Below, piece by piece: positions 19,777-30,024 of a stretch of DNA of 64,000 nt; position 1 is the stretch's first letter; each line of letters begins with the position of its first letter. A program made the translations under genes and the position numbers. Below the pieces are notes generated by a model. The model was not told where the DNA came from. It worked only from the letters and a program-made list of their open reading frames with translations, and searched no databases. This stretch comes from Promethearchaeota archaeon Loki_b32. GTDB lineage: Archaea > Asgardarchaeota > Lokiarchaeia > Sigyniarchaeales > SOKP01. The stretch is from contig NJBH01000003.1 of NCBI GenBank assembly GCA_005223125.1, positions 64,001 to 128,000 on the forward strand. The letters are read 5' to 3'.

Positions 19777-20886
19777 CTAAGATTTAAATTGTTCTTTAAT
19801 TCTATTATAAAGTGGTTTTATACTGTCTAGACAATTTACATCTAATAAATTATTATGACCAAGCGGATAATACGCGAGTATAATTGAATCAAAAAGAGTC
19901 CAATTTATATTATTAAACCCAATATCGTATCCTAAAACTTTAAACCCTTTTTCTAAAGCAAGTTTCATTGATTGTACTCCATTGTGAGTGGTTGGAATTT
20001 TCCAGAGGATTATTCTCCAATTCTTATAGACCTTTAATAAGTTATTTATAGATTTTTCTTTAATATAACCATACAATTTTACGATCGCGCTATAATAATT
20101 TTTAGAGACACCATAAAGTTCATACCCTTTATTATTTTTCCATTTTTCAAAATATAAAGTATCGTCTTTCATTCTTTTACATTTACTTTTCATGTATTTA
20201 TAGAAAAATACTAAAACCTCATTATCTAATAAAACCACATTTTTATCCCTTTTTTTCCAGAGATTTCTAAAGATCATCGAAAAGATAATTGCCGTTTCCT
20301 CATGCTGTGGAGGACATGGACAATTATCATCAACTTCGAATTCTCTCTTATCTCCAAAATTAATATAAGCAGGGATTATACTATAAGGTACTGCTCCAGC
20401 ATTTTGAGCAACAGCTTGAATTTTAATCTGAGAACCTCGTACCTCTGAATCAAGTCTTAAAACATCTTTGAATTGAGGCATTTTTGTTACCGTTATAAGC
20501 CCACCTACAGCTATTTTTGTTGTAATTCCTAATCCTTGGAACTTTTTCCTTGTAATCAAACTACCCGCATGAGCAATATATCTCTCCTTTTCAACCAAAG
20601 CAGCACCAGTAATTTCTTTTATTTTATTTTCAATTAATTCACCAACAACCCAAAATTTATTTGGATCTGAGATTTCTTTTTTTAGAAGTGTATCGTCATA
20701 AACTATGGGATTAATGTATTCATAATTGTAAATTTCTTTGAACATCTTTGAGATGTTTTTAGCATCTTTAGGTGTTGCAAACCTTAATCCAAATTCTTGT
20801 CCATCTTTAGATAAAAATTTCTGAAAATAAACATCTTCTTCTTTGAGAATTAACTTTTCTTTAAATGTTGTTTCCATTCTAATCAC
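19777..20886 (-). CDS. GNAT-domain protein
   Basis: LRFATPKDAKNI, KKFQGLGITTK. Confidence 0.7.
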   Translation of the reverse strand: MIRMETTFKEKLILKEEDVYFQKFLSKDGQEFGLRFATPKDAKNISKMFKEIYNYEYINPIVYDDTLLKKEISDPNKFWVVGELIENKIKEITGAALVEKERYIAHAGSLITRKKFQGLGITTKIAVGGLITVTKMPQFKDVLRLDSEVRGSQIKIQAVAQNAGAVPYSIIPAYINFGDKREFEVDDNCPCPPQHEETAIIFSMIFRNLWKKRDKNVVLLDNEVLVFFYKYMKSKCKRMKDDTLYFEKWKNNKGYELYGVSKNYYSAIVKLYGYIKEKSINNLLKVYKNWRIILWKIPTTHNGVQSMKLALEKGFKVLGYDIGFNNINWTLFDSIILAYYPLGHNNLLDVNCLDSIKPLYNRIKEQFKS

Positions 20887-21046
20887 CTAGCCTTGATCAT
20901 TTAATAAAACGCTAATTAATACTTCCTAAAAGGATTTATAAAATTTCCCCTTTTTCATGTGAAAAAAATGAAAAAAAAAGTCAAATAATCCCATATAACA
21001 AGGTATGAAAAATATCACATACTAATGATTTCAAGCAAAATTAGTA

Positions 21047-21763
21047 TTACGATTTTAATTTAGAGCCGATCCCATAATACATTAAAGAGACCCAAAGTAC
21101 TATTGAAAATCCTGCTATACTAATTATTGATCTATAACTAGCACTTACTAAAAGGTTATTTATCATCAACAAATACATTATTATAATCACTCCCAATGAA
21201 CCTATTAAATAATCAAGCCATTTTCTTTTTAGTGCTTTTGTTTCAAATCGAAAATAGATTTTAAAATTTGTGTAGATCAAAGGGATAATCGCAAAACCAG
21301 TTATAATTGAAACTACATAAAAAAAGAAAATTGGATGCCATATTGGATATCCTCTCGAATGAATTTCCACTAGATCAAATGGAAGTAGTAAAAGTATTAG
21401 CATCCCCAAGAAAAGCAAAGTACCATATAATACAATATACCTATTTTGCCTTTTTACCGAAAAAACAAGAGTTGATTCAAGTATTATCATATTTACAATA
21501 AAAACAAAAACTATTCCAAAAAATAAAAAGAAGAGAGTCAAAAAATGAAGAATTAAAATAACTGTATTATTTGTCATCACAGCATAAACCATATTTAGAA
21601 TATTGCCAATTGTTACACTTATGAAAAATCCGCTTAACATGAGAGTAAGGCGTTGTTTTTTTCTCTTTAAAATTTTGTAAGCCATTATCGAAAAATAAAT
21701 AGCAACAAACCCTTGAACTACATAAATTAATATTACTCTTGGAAGATCAAGCTTAAATAACGT
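21047..21763 (-). CDS. polytopic membrane protein, ~7 TM (start extended to ACG)
   Basis: Alternating hydrophobic helices; extension TLFKLDLPRVILIYVVQGFVAIYFSI adds a TM; SD GGTGA 9 nt upstream. Confidence 0.75.
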   Translation of the reverse strand, partial: TLFKLDLPRVILIYVVQGFVAIYFSIMAYKILKRKKQRLTLMLSGFFISVTIGNILNMVYAVMTNNTVILILHFLTLFFLFFGIVFVFIVNMIILESTLVFSVKRQNRYIVLYGTLLFLGMLILLLLPFDLVEIHSRGYPIWHPIFFFYVVSIITGFAIIPLIYTNFKIYFRFETKALKRKWLDYLIGSLGVIIIMYLLMINNLLVSASYRSIISIAGFSIVLWVSLMYYGIGSKLKS

Positions 21764-21902
21764 GTTATTTTTTCACCAATGTTAGTATAATTAATTTTTA
21801 CTAAGTTAGAATATTTTTTTCTAAAATAAAATATTATCTTCTTTAGCTTTAAATTGAATTAATTAACCAAATATTAATTCGAAGAATCGCCACATTTTTT
21901 TT

Positions 21903-22523
21903 TTAAGAAGAACTTAAATTTTTCATTCTAAGAGGAATATCCCATTTTTTCATGAGTCTTACTACACTAGGGGGAACCAAGTGTTCCCAAGTTACTCCTG
22001 TTATCATAGCTTCACGAATATCACTTGAGCTAAGTCCTTTATTCTCGAGTGAGACTTCCCATAAAACATGAATCTTTAATCCTAATGATTCAAAAAATTT
22101 CTTTTTTTGCTTCCCCCAATCATCATAAATAGTTAAAAAGAAAATCTCATCGACTGGGACATAATACTTAATCAATTCTGGAACATTGATGGGGAAAGGT
22201 ACAATTGAGAATTCCAAAAAGTTTAAGCCTTGTTCTAGTAAAGCTGTTTCTACCATTACATAACGCTCATAATAAGATAATGGATTTGCTATTGGAGTAC
22301 TCCTATGAGGATTTGAATCATGGTGCTTCGTCAAAGAAGGATCAGGATTTGTGATTCCAACAATTAAATGTTTGCAGAGTTTCTTACCTGCCATGAGATA
22401 TTTAATGTGATCATTATGAAGTATTTGGAATCTCCCATGAATTACTCCCTTATTGTAAATAGGTTCTTCAGTAGGCATCATAAAATAAATAAAATAAAGT
22501 AATTTCAAAAAAATAATAAACAT
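21903..22523 (-). CDS. nicotinamide/nicotinate-nucleotide adenylyltransferase-like nucleotidyltransferase
   Basis: HGRFQILHNDH, IVGITNP, NPLSYYER, LSSSDIRE; true start probably ~22481. Confidence 0.85.
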   Translation of the reverse strand: MFIIFLKLLYFIYFMMPTEEPIYNKGVIHGRFQILHNDHIKYLMAGKKLCKHLIVGITNPDPSLTKHHDSNPHRSTPIANPLSYYERYVMVETALLEQGLNFLEFSIVPFPINVPELIKYYVPVDEIFFLTIYDDWGKQKKKFFESLGLKIHVLWEVSLENKGLSSSDIREAMITGVTWEHLVPPSVVRLMKKWDIPLRMKNLSSS

Positions 22524-22631
22524 AGACTTTTAAATCTTTTTGAAAGAAATTTCTATATTTTGTCTTTCTCTCGAATAAAAATGAACACTTGTGTATAAAA
22601 CTATATATAATTTAATCCCTTAATTAATTTT

Positions 22632-22847
22632 ATGTCAAAATGCCCTTTTTGTGAAGCCGATATTTTTTTAGAGGATTTTTTTCATACAACCGTTAAAGAA
22701 ACTAAAAAAGGAAAAATAAAAAAGAAAACTGGAGAATTTAAAGGAGAAACTATGCTTATAGGATATAGAAATTATGTAAAAATTTGGATATGTCCATCGT
22801 GTGATAAGATTCTAGGTTTTTCAGAATATAAGTGGGATGATACTTAA
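22632..22847 (+). CDS. small zinc-ribbon protein
   Basis: CPFC...CPSC. Confidence 0.8.
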   Translation: MSKCPFCEADIFLEDFFHTTVKETKKGKIKKKTGEFKGETMLIGYRNYVKIWICPSCDKILGFSEYKWDDT

Positions 22848-22867
22848 TAAATATAGCAAAATATGAT

Positions 22868-23389
22868 TCATAAAACTATTCCGCAATACGGACAAATTGA
22901 TGCATCTGGATCGATCTGATTTCCACATTCTTGACAGAATTTATTCTGAGATTTAACCGGTAAATTCATTGATCTGATATCATCTTCCTTGCTAACCATT
23001 GATTCCACTAATTTTGCAGGAGATTGAGTAAAATGTGAATAAATCACACCTATTATTATAATTATAAGCATAACTGAAAAAATTATTATCGGAATGACCA
23101 TTGTGAAATGAAAAAATGGGAAATTAGACACGATTATAATCGAAAGTACTAAAAAAATAGCAATTGGAAGAATACATATTAAAGATCCTAATTGGGAAGA
23201 TCTGGATTTTACATTTCCAAGATTGTGATAGCAGGCTCTGCAATACACATGACTAGTAGAGTATTTATCTCCACCTCTACCATGAGTTATATTAAAATTT
23301 TTCTTGCATCTTAAGCAAATTGGCTTATAACATTTTTCACATTTTGTAGTAGCATCTACTTCTGGATGATTATAACATTTTAAACTCAT
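22868..23389 (-). CDS. B-box-like zinc finger / 2 TM / zinc-ribbon protein
   Basis: CYNH...CEKCYKPICLRC...YCRAC, two hydrophobic helices, CQECG...CPYCG. Confidence 0.8.
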   Translation of the reverse strand: MSLKCYNHPEVDATTKCEKCYKPICLRCKKNFNITHGRGGDKYSTSHVYCRACYHNLGNVKSRSSQLGSLICILPIAIFLVLSIIIVSNFPFFHFTMVIPIIIFSVMLIIIIIGVIYSHFTQSPAKLVESMVSKEDDIRSMNLPVKSQNKFCQECGNQIDPDASICPYCGIVL

Positions 23390-23580
23390 TGGATATGTAT
23401 TCTTTAATTAAAAAAATATATAAATCTTTTTACTAGAATAAGTAACTTTCGCCTAAGAATCTCATATTAACTATATTCAAATCCTTGTTCTTCACTATTT
23501 TTTTAGACCTTTATCACTTAAAAAGCTGGTTTTAATATAAGTATTACATTTGAAAGAAAAAATTTTGTATTCTAATCATT

Positions 23581-24771
23581 ATGAAAACTGATAATTGTTT
23601 TGAGTTAAAATTAAGTAATACAATAGGTTTAAAGGATACAACTCAAAATATCGTTAAATTTATCCATGCAAGTGATATTCATCTTGGAGCTGCTCAATAT
23701 AGAAATGAATATAGGGCTAATGATTTTATCCATGCTTTTCGGGAGATTTTAGAACTAGCACTCACGCATGGTGTCGATTTTGTGTTACTAGGAGGTGATG
23801 TATTTACTTCCTTAGAAATATTACCGGGTCAATTAACTAAAATCGTTAAAATCTTGAAAGATTTCAAAGAATTTACAATGGGATCTATTTTAATTATAGC
23901 AATAGAAGGTAATCATGATATTAGAAAATTTTCAAGAGGTATTAGATTCGAACGACGAGGTCAATCGTGGCTTAAACTTTTAAATAGCTTAGGATTGATA
24001 GTTTTACTTGATGCTGATTTAGAAGCGCCTTCTGAAGTAATATTCCCCCCTTATGATTTTGATACTAAAAAAGGTGGGAAAATACAAATCAAAAATGTGG
24101 TAATCTATGGTACTCGTTACCTTGGGGAAAAACCAATCTCTTTTCTTTCAAAAATAAGAAAGGCTATAGTAAAAAATAATGCTTTATATAATGTTCTTCT
24201 ACAGCATTTTGGAATCGAAGGACAGATGGAAAATGTTCCTGGAGTCAAATTAGAAGATATTCAACACCTACAACATCGGGTAAATTATTTAGCTTTAGGA
24301 CATTTTCATAAGCAATTTATCATTGGAGATTGGATATATAATCCAGGATCTTCAGAAGCAGTATGTTCAATGGATAATTCGTTTAAACGAGGTGTTTTTT
24401 TGATAGAAATTTCAAAAGAACTTCAAGAATTTGTAAAAAAAGCTAAAATATTTCGTTTAATAAATCGAAAATATATATGGGAAACAATTCAGTTAAATTT
24501 TGAATATAGAAATAAAAATAATCTTGAAAACTTTATAATAAATAAATTAAATTCTTCATTAAAATATCTAAATTGTAATATCAATCCATCTAATCCTCAA
24601 ATGCCTGTATTACTTTTACTTCTAAAAGGGAAAGAACCTTCTAAATTATGCAAGATTAATGAAAAAGAATTAAGAAGAAAAATATGTAATCTCTTTCCTG
24701 TGGTAGATGTTAGAATATATAATAAATTTGAAATAATCCTAAGGACGTTAGATAATTATATTTTGGCTTAA
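23581..24771 (+). CDS. Mre11/SbcD-like metallophosphoesterase nuclease
   Basis: SDIHLG, GGDVF, EGNHD, YLALGHFH, YNPGS. Confidence 0.9.
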   Translation: MKTDNCFELKLSNTIGLKDTTQNIVKFIHASDIHLGAAQYRNEYRANDFIHAFREILELALTHGVDFVLLGGDVFTSLEILPGQLTKIVKILKDFKEFTMGSILIIAIEGNHDIRKFSRGIRFERRGQSWLKLLNSLGLIVLLDADLEAPSEVIFPPYDFDTKKGGKIQIKNVVIYGTRYLGEKPISFLSKIRKAIVKNNALYNVLLQHFGIEGQMENVPGVKLEDIQHLQHRVNYLALGHFHKQFIIGDWIYNPGSSEAVCSMDNSFKRGVFLIEISKELQEFVKKAKIFRLINRKYIWETIQLNFEYRNKNNLENFIINKLNSSLKYLNCNINPSNPQMPVLLLLLKGKEPSKLCKINEKELRRKICNLFPVVDVRIYNKFEIILRTLDNYILA

Positions 24772-24841
24772 ATTCAACTGATTAACATAATTTTTTGTAT
24801 TAGTTTAAAGTTTATAAGGTACTTAAATAAAATTAGTTATT

Positions 24842-26452
24842 ATGAAGATTCGATCTTTTCTAAGAAATAATAAGTTTTTTACGATTATTACTATTATTTT
24901 CGTAGTATGGTTGGTATTCCTCACAATATTATCTATCATTGGACAAAGAACTGTAGTATTCTTTGATGTTCTTGGATGGGAGGATGTTTCATCAGAATTT
25001 TCAAGTAAATTACCATTGTTAAGATATTTTGTAGAGCCTTTTTACGTGCTTGCTTACGTTTTAGAGTATGAATTTACTTGGATGTTTCTTTTCTTGATCT
25101 TTTATCCAATTCTTAGAGGAATTTATTTATATTTAAAGAAAAAAGGTTTTTTTAGTTCAGAGAGATATACATTAATAACCTATCCAATTTCTGATATCCT
25201 TTATTTTATTTTTAAAGTTTTAACCCTCGCAATTTTGATAGTTGGAATATACATTCTTATAGGGTTTATTATACAAGGTTATTTCTTTGTAAGTAGATAT
25301 TTTATGGTACCAGTTCAAATAGCGGTTCATTCAGGCATGATTCTCATTTTCATAAAAATAAGTTTTACTGTGCTCAAATTGCTTCATCCAAAGCTAACAT
25401 TAAACTTATCTAAAAAATTTTTAAACAAAAAAATAAAAAGAAAACCAAAAAGACAAACCATAAAACGAGAAACTGTCTTTTTCATTGGAATGGGTGTGTT
25501 ATTACTCAGTACCAATGTTGTGCTTCTTTCTACACCTTTCCCTCCTCATAAAATAATCCCGACAGTACCACTTGAAGATAATGAATTTTTATTCGATTTT
25601 CATGTTCATACTACGTTTAGTGATGGTTGGCTTACTGTAGAAGAAAGGATTAACTGGTACATACAACAAGGGATAATGGGAGCAGCTTTTTCCGACCATG
25701 ACAATATAAGAGGGGCTAAGATGGCTCAAAGGTATGTAGAGGAACAAGGTTTAGATTTTGTTGTATTTATGGCAGAAGAATGGACAGATAACGCGGCAAA
25801 TCCAGATTTTCATATGAATTATTATGGTCTTGCTGAAGAAATTGTACCACCTATGTCAGATAATCCAATTACAAAAGTAATGAATGGTTCTGAGACGATC
25901 GAATATGTAAAAAGTAAAGGTGGTTATATAATTGTTAATCATTATAATTATGATCCTAATCCCAATGGTGGTTATGGCCTTCCATTTTCATTAGATCAAT
26001 TAAAAGATTGGGGTGTTGATGGTTTTGAGATTTCTAATGGGGGAAGTTATGGAAGTAAATATAAACAGATAAGGGATTATTGCCTAACTAATAATCTAAC
26101 ATGTATAGGAGGAAGCGACATCCATACTTGTGAGGATTTGAATACTTTTGTAAAATTGAAATTAGATGACCCTACAAATCTAACTATTGTAAATATATTT
26201 GAAACTTTAAAAGAAAATACACATAAAGTTATTGCAATTAATCTGTATCCAAAGGTTGTAGATTTTCCAGGTGATTTGAATGATTTTGGCTTTTATATTT
26301 TTGAGGCTTTTATCAATTATATATTAAATATAGGTTTATACCAAACTTTATCTTGGATAATTTGGTCATTTATGGTGTATACTTTACTATTTCTAATATA
26401 CCGAAAAATTAAAAACACTGATATAAGGTTTTTAAAAGACAAAATCATGTAA
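24842..26452 (+). CDS. membrane-anchored PHP-domain phosphoesterase
   Basis: N-terminal TM helices; DFHVHTTFSDG, SDHD, AEE, NH, GGSDIH; C-terminal TM. Confidence 0.85.
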   Translation: MKIRSFLRNNKFFTIITIIFVVWLVFLTILSIIGQRTVVFFDVLGWEDVSSEFSSKLPLLRYFVEPFYVLAYVLEYEFTWMFLFLIFYPILRGIYLYLKKKGFFSSERYTLITYPISDILYFIFKVLTLAILIVGIYILIGFIIQGYFFVSRYFMVPVQIAVHSGMILIFIKISFTVLKLLHPKLTLNLSKKFLNKKIKRKPKRQTIKRETVFFIGMGVLLLSTNVVLLSTPFPPHKIIPTVPLEDNEFLFDFHVHTTFSDGWLTVEERINWYIQQGIMGAAFSDHDNIRGAKMAQRYVEEQGLDFVVFMAEEWTDNAANPDFHMNYYGLAEEIVPPMSDNPITKVMNGSETIEYVKSKGGYIIVNHYNYDPNPNGGYGLPFSLDQLKDWGVDGFEISNGGSYGSKYKQIRDYCLTNNLTCIGGSDIHTCEDLNTFVKLKLDDPTNLTIVNIFETLKENTHKVIAINLYPKVVDFPGDLNDFGFYIFEAFINYILNIGLYQTLSWIIWSFMVYTLLFLIYRKIKNTDIRFLKDKIM

Positions 26453-26497
26453 GTAAATATTACCATTTACATCTTTTTTTTAAAAAAGGGAAAAAGA

Positions 26498-26914
26498 ATG
26501 AAGCTTGAAGAAGTATATGAATTTATGGAAAATCTTGAGATTGTAAGTATGGCTACAGTAGAAGGAAATCAGCCTCACGTAAGAATAATGGCGTTAATTA
26601 CTCATAATAATAATTATTGGTGCTGTACAATAGCATCACGTCCGAAAATGCAACAATTTAAAGCAAATGATAAGTTTGAATTCTGTAGTATTATTAGAAA
26701 AGATGAGAGTCTAGGTTCGATACGTGCATGTGGGAAAGCCAAAATTATTGAAGATTTTGAAGTAAAAGAAGAGCTTTCTAAAGTAATTCCATTTTTTAGT
26801 GGATACTGGGAGGATTACTCTGATCCTAAATTTGGATTAATTCTACTTGATATTGATAAAATCGAAGTACAAAGTCCTTATGACAAAAAGTTCTATACAT
26901 TTAAAATAAAATAA
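26498..26914 (+). CDS. pyridoxamine 5'-phosphate oxidase-like FMN-binding protein
   Basis: MATVEGNQPHVRIM, KMQQFKAN, YWEDYSDP. Confidence 0.85.
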   Translation: MKLEEVYEFMENLEIVSMATVEGNQPHVRIMALITHNNNYWCCTIASRPKMQQFKANDKFEFCSIIRKDESLGSIRACGKAKIIEDFEVKEELSKVIPFFSGYWEDYSDPKFGLILLDIDKIEVQSPYDKKFYTFKIK

Positions 26915-26935
26915 GAATATAATATCGAATAAAGT

Positions 26936-27409
26936 TTAGATATAGTATCCCGTATTGTCTTCCCCATATTTATCCTTATCGTCATCTTTGTCATCATCGT
27001 CTTTTCCTAGGAATTTTTTATAGAAATATTTCAACATTTTTTCGGGATCACCATCAAGATCTTTAAGATCTTTAAATTCGCGAGGATCGATCCTTATAAT
27101 ACCTCCTCTCTTCATTGGTACAATATTGTTGCGTAATTTCTTTTTCATTCTTTCTTGTTCTCTCGCGTTCTGAAGTAATTCTTTTTTCATTAAATCTTTA
27201 AATTCATTTACGACTAGTTTATCTAAATAACTCGGTTCAAATTCCATCAGAACTTCTATACCATAGAACTTATTAAGTCTTTTAATCGCTCTATCTTTTT
27301 TGAATTCCGGAATCTGACTTATACTCTCCAGATTCAACATTGATAAAATGTTCAGCCAATCGAGTTTTGTGGTCCAAGGGAAAATTTTATTGTCTTCTGC
27401 CATTTTCAC
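26936..27409 (-). CDS. hypothetical protein with acidic C-terminal tail
   Basis: 157-aa ORF, DDDDKDDDKDK tail. Confidence 0.7.
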   Translation of the reverse strand: MKMAEDNKIFPWTTKLDWLNILSMLNLESISQIPEFKKDRAIKRLNKFYGIEVLMEFEPSYLDKLVVNEFKDLMKKELLQNAREQERMKKKLRNNIVPMKRGGIIRIDPREFKDLKDLDGDPEKMLKYFYKKFLGKDDDDKDDDKDKYGEDNTGYYI

Positions 27410-27623
27410 TATAATTTTTTATATAATTGATAAAATGTATGTTTGAAATTAAACTTTTTTCAAAGACCTTTATGATGTTACCAACAAATGAGACTTATAA
27501 ATTTATTGATTTTATTCTATAATATTCAGAATAAAGCAATTTTCTTAGATATCTTACCAACTCAAGGATATTTTAAATATGGGTTATTTGTTAATAGGAT
27601 TAAAAAGTTTGTTTTTAGATTGA

Positions 27624-28460
27624 TTAATTTTGAATGAATTCTTTGATTTTCGAAGAGACAAATTCTGGGGCATCATGATTAATCCAATGAGAAGATTTAT
27701 CATGGCGTTCTATTCGTAAATCCTTAACATAATCAGATAATCCCTCCAATAATTGAGGCCTTAAAGCAATATCTTTCATTCCCCAAAGAACTAAAGTGGG
27801 AACCTCAATTATACCTTTCCATTCTTCAAAACCTCTATTAGCCCGATAATAGTTTACACCACCCACTATTGCCCCTGGTTGAGACCACGCTTCAAGATAT
27901 TTCTCCCTATCAGAATCACTAAAATTTTTGTTAAAGACCGATTCTCTTAATACTTTATAATCATTTTCAACAATGAACTTCTCACCATTAGGTTTATAAA
28001 ACTCAAAAATATAGAAACTCGCTTTTTGTTGATCCTTATCGGTTTTTAATTTTTGGGCGAAAATTTTATGATGTGGAGCATTTAATATAATTAACTTGTT
28101 TAATAATTCTGGATATTTTTCTGCAAATATCCAAGCTAAAACACCTCCCCAATCATGCCCCGCAAGGCAGAATTTTCCTAATCTTAACGCCTCACCTAAA
28201 CCTTTAATATCTTCTAATAAAATTTCTACTTTATAGTTTTCAACTCCTTCTGGTTTGTCAGACAAATTATACCCTCTCATATCAGGTATTACTAATTTAA
28301 AATCATCCTTTAGGAGGGGAATAACTTTTGACCAAGAATACCAGAAATCTGGAAAACCATGCAGTAAAATCAAAGGTTCTCCAGATCCAACAATAATAGT
28401 ATGGAGTTTTATCCCATTTGTTTCAATAAATACTTCTTCTATTTCATTTAGGATTACCAT
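27624..28460 (-). CDS. alpha/beta hydrolase, epoxide hydrolase-like
   Basis: LLHGFPDFWYSW, PDMRGYN, GHDWGG, NYYRA, SHWINHD. Confidence 0.92.
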   Translation of the reverse strand: MVILNEIEEVFIETNGIKLHTIIVGSGEPLILLHGFPDFWYSWSKVIPLLKDDFKLVIPDMRGYNLSDKPEGVENYKVEILLEDIKGLGEALRLGKFCLAGHDWGGVLAWIFAEKYPELLNKLIILNAPHHKIFAQKLKTDKDQQKASFYIFEFYKPNGEKFIVENDYKVLRESVFNKNFSDSDREKYLEAWSQPGAIVGGVNYYRANRGFEEWKGIIEVPTLVLWGMKDIALRPQLLEGLSDYVKDLRIERHDKSSHWINHDAPEFVSSKIKEFIQN

Positions 28461-28576
28461 AGTTGTAGGAATGTAAAAAGCTATTTAATATTTAATGAAA
28501 TAGGATTAACAAAAAGAAAAATACTTTAAAAATAGGATAAAAATCAGAAAATATACCAAAAAATTCGTTAATTTAT

Positions 28577-28789
28577 TTATTCGAAATAATTCATAAATGA
28601 TTTTGTAAAATCGTTTACAGATGAATTGTCAATTTCACCGAATTTATAGCGTCCACGTGGTAATTTGGCTTTTCCTGAAAGATATTTCTTTAAGGCAAGT
28701 TCATAATCATTAATAGCTAAACTGTTATGTTCTGCGAATTTGATTTCACCAAAATATTTTTCTATAAAATCTGGTTTCAATATACTCAT
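28577..28789 (-). CDS. small hypothetical protein
   Basis: 70 aa, SD GGTGA upstream of ATG. Confidence 0.65.
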   Translation of the reverse strand: MSILKPDFIEKYFGEIKFAEHNSLAINDYELALKKYLSGKAKLPRGRYKFGEIDNSSVNDFTKSFMNYFE

Positions 28790-28933
28790 ATTAAGTAATC
28801 ACCATTATTGTGTTTTTTATTCAAATGTTTTTTTAATTAATTAAATAATTACTTTTATGAAGAGAAGAAAGTTTACTATATAAATTTTTTCCTACACTTG
28901 CAACGGTTAAAATTTCTTGGTTTTTACCGAATC

Positions 28934-28958
28934 TTCATTCACTGAATGAACGTTCATT
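28934..28958. promoter_or_regulatory. putative TetR operator (two overlapping inverted repeats)
   Basis: TTCATTCA-C-TGAATGAA overlapping perfect palindrome AATGAACGTTCATT, in the divergent intergenic region next to a TetR gene. Confidence 0.55.
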
Positions 28959-29282
28959 TGTTAAGTTCTTATCTTCATTATTCAACGAAATAATAAAGAT
29001 AGATATAAAAATAACACTTTCTCAAAAATTCCCATCATTTTCCCGTTTTTCATAATTTGTTTTTATTATTTTCCTTAAATTGTAATTACCTACTCACTCC
29101 TTATATATAGACATTATTTTTTACAGAAAGAAGATACCTGATTTCTAAGAAACTTGATAAATCTATAGGAATTTGAAAATTAAAAAGTAATAAATTTTAA
29201 CATAATTTCTTAACATGTAATAATATTTTTAATAAATTTTTTTATAATGTAAATTATTCAATATTTTTCGAGTTGACTATAG

Positions 29283-29897
29283 ATGTCTTTAAGGGCAAAA
29301 AAGTTTGAAATAATTAAGAAGGAAAAAAGAAATCTATTTATAATATCGGCTCTCTCTGTTTTTGAAGAAAAAGGGTTTAACAATACTCGTATAAAAGATA
29401 TTACAGAAAAGGCAGGAACCTCTGTGGGAAATTATTATAACTATTTTAAAAGTAAAGAAGAAGTATTCGAAGTTATAATTAGTGGATTAGCTGAACATAT
29501 GGTTGGTAAGTTTAAAAAATTATTTATATATTTCCAAGATAATAGATTACCCCCAATCTCTGCGGTTAAGAATCTTTTTCGAGGATATGCAAAAATGTTT
29601 AAAACAAAAAAGGAGACTTTTCTCATTTTTCTTGAGCAAATGGGCGGGATTAATATAAAATATAGAGCGAAAAGAAATGAGATTATTGATAGTTTTACAG
29701 ACGAAGTAGAAAAAATCATCTTAAAACTAGTAGAATTCGGAGCTCGTAGCCAAAATCCTAAGATATCCGCTAGAGTTTGGACATCTACGGTACTGGGCGT
29801 TTTTAATTGGTGGATTCGGAGTGATTTTGACCTTGAAGAAGAAGAACTTGTTAATAATTTGACAGAATTTCTTGTTAGGGGAACTATGACAAAATAA
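29283..29897 (+). CDS. TetR/AcrR family transcriptional regulator
   Basis: FEEKGFNNTRIKDITEKAGTSVGNYYNYFKSKEEV. Confidence 0.95.
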   Translation: MSLRAKKFEIIKKEKRNLFIISALSVFEEKGFNNTRIKDITEKAGTSVGNYYNYFKSKEEVFEVIISGLAEHMVGKFKKLFIYFQDNRLPPISAVKNLFRGYAKMFKTKKETFLIFLEQMGGINIKYRAKRNEIIDSFTDEVEKIILKLVEFGARSQNPKISARVWTSTVLGVFNWWIRSDFDLEEEELVNNLTEFLVRGTMTK

Positions 29898-30024
29898 GTA
29901 CTTTTAGTTTTTCTTTCTTTTGGTAATAATATGAAAAAATTTTTACAACAGTTATAATTATAAGCAATATATTCAAATTATACTTGGAGAATCCATATTT
30001 TAAAATTATTAGGCTTGACATAAA

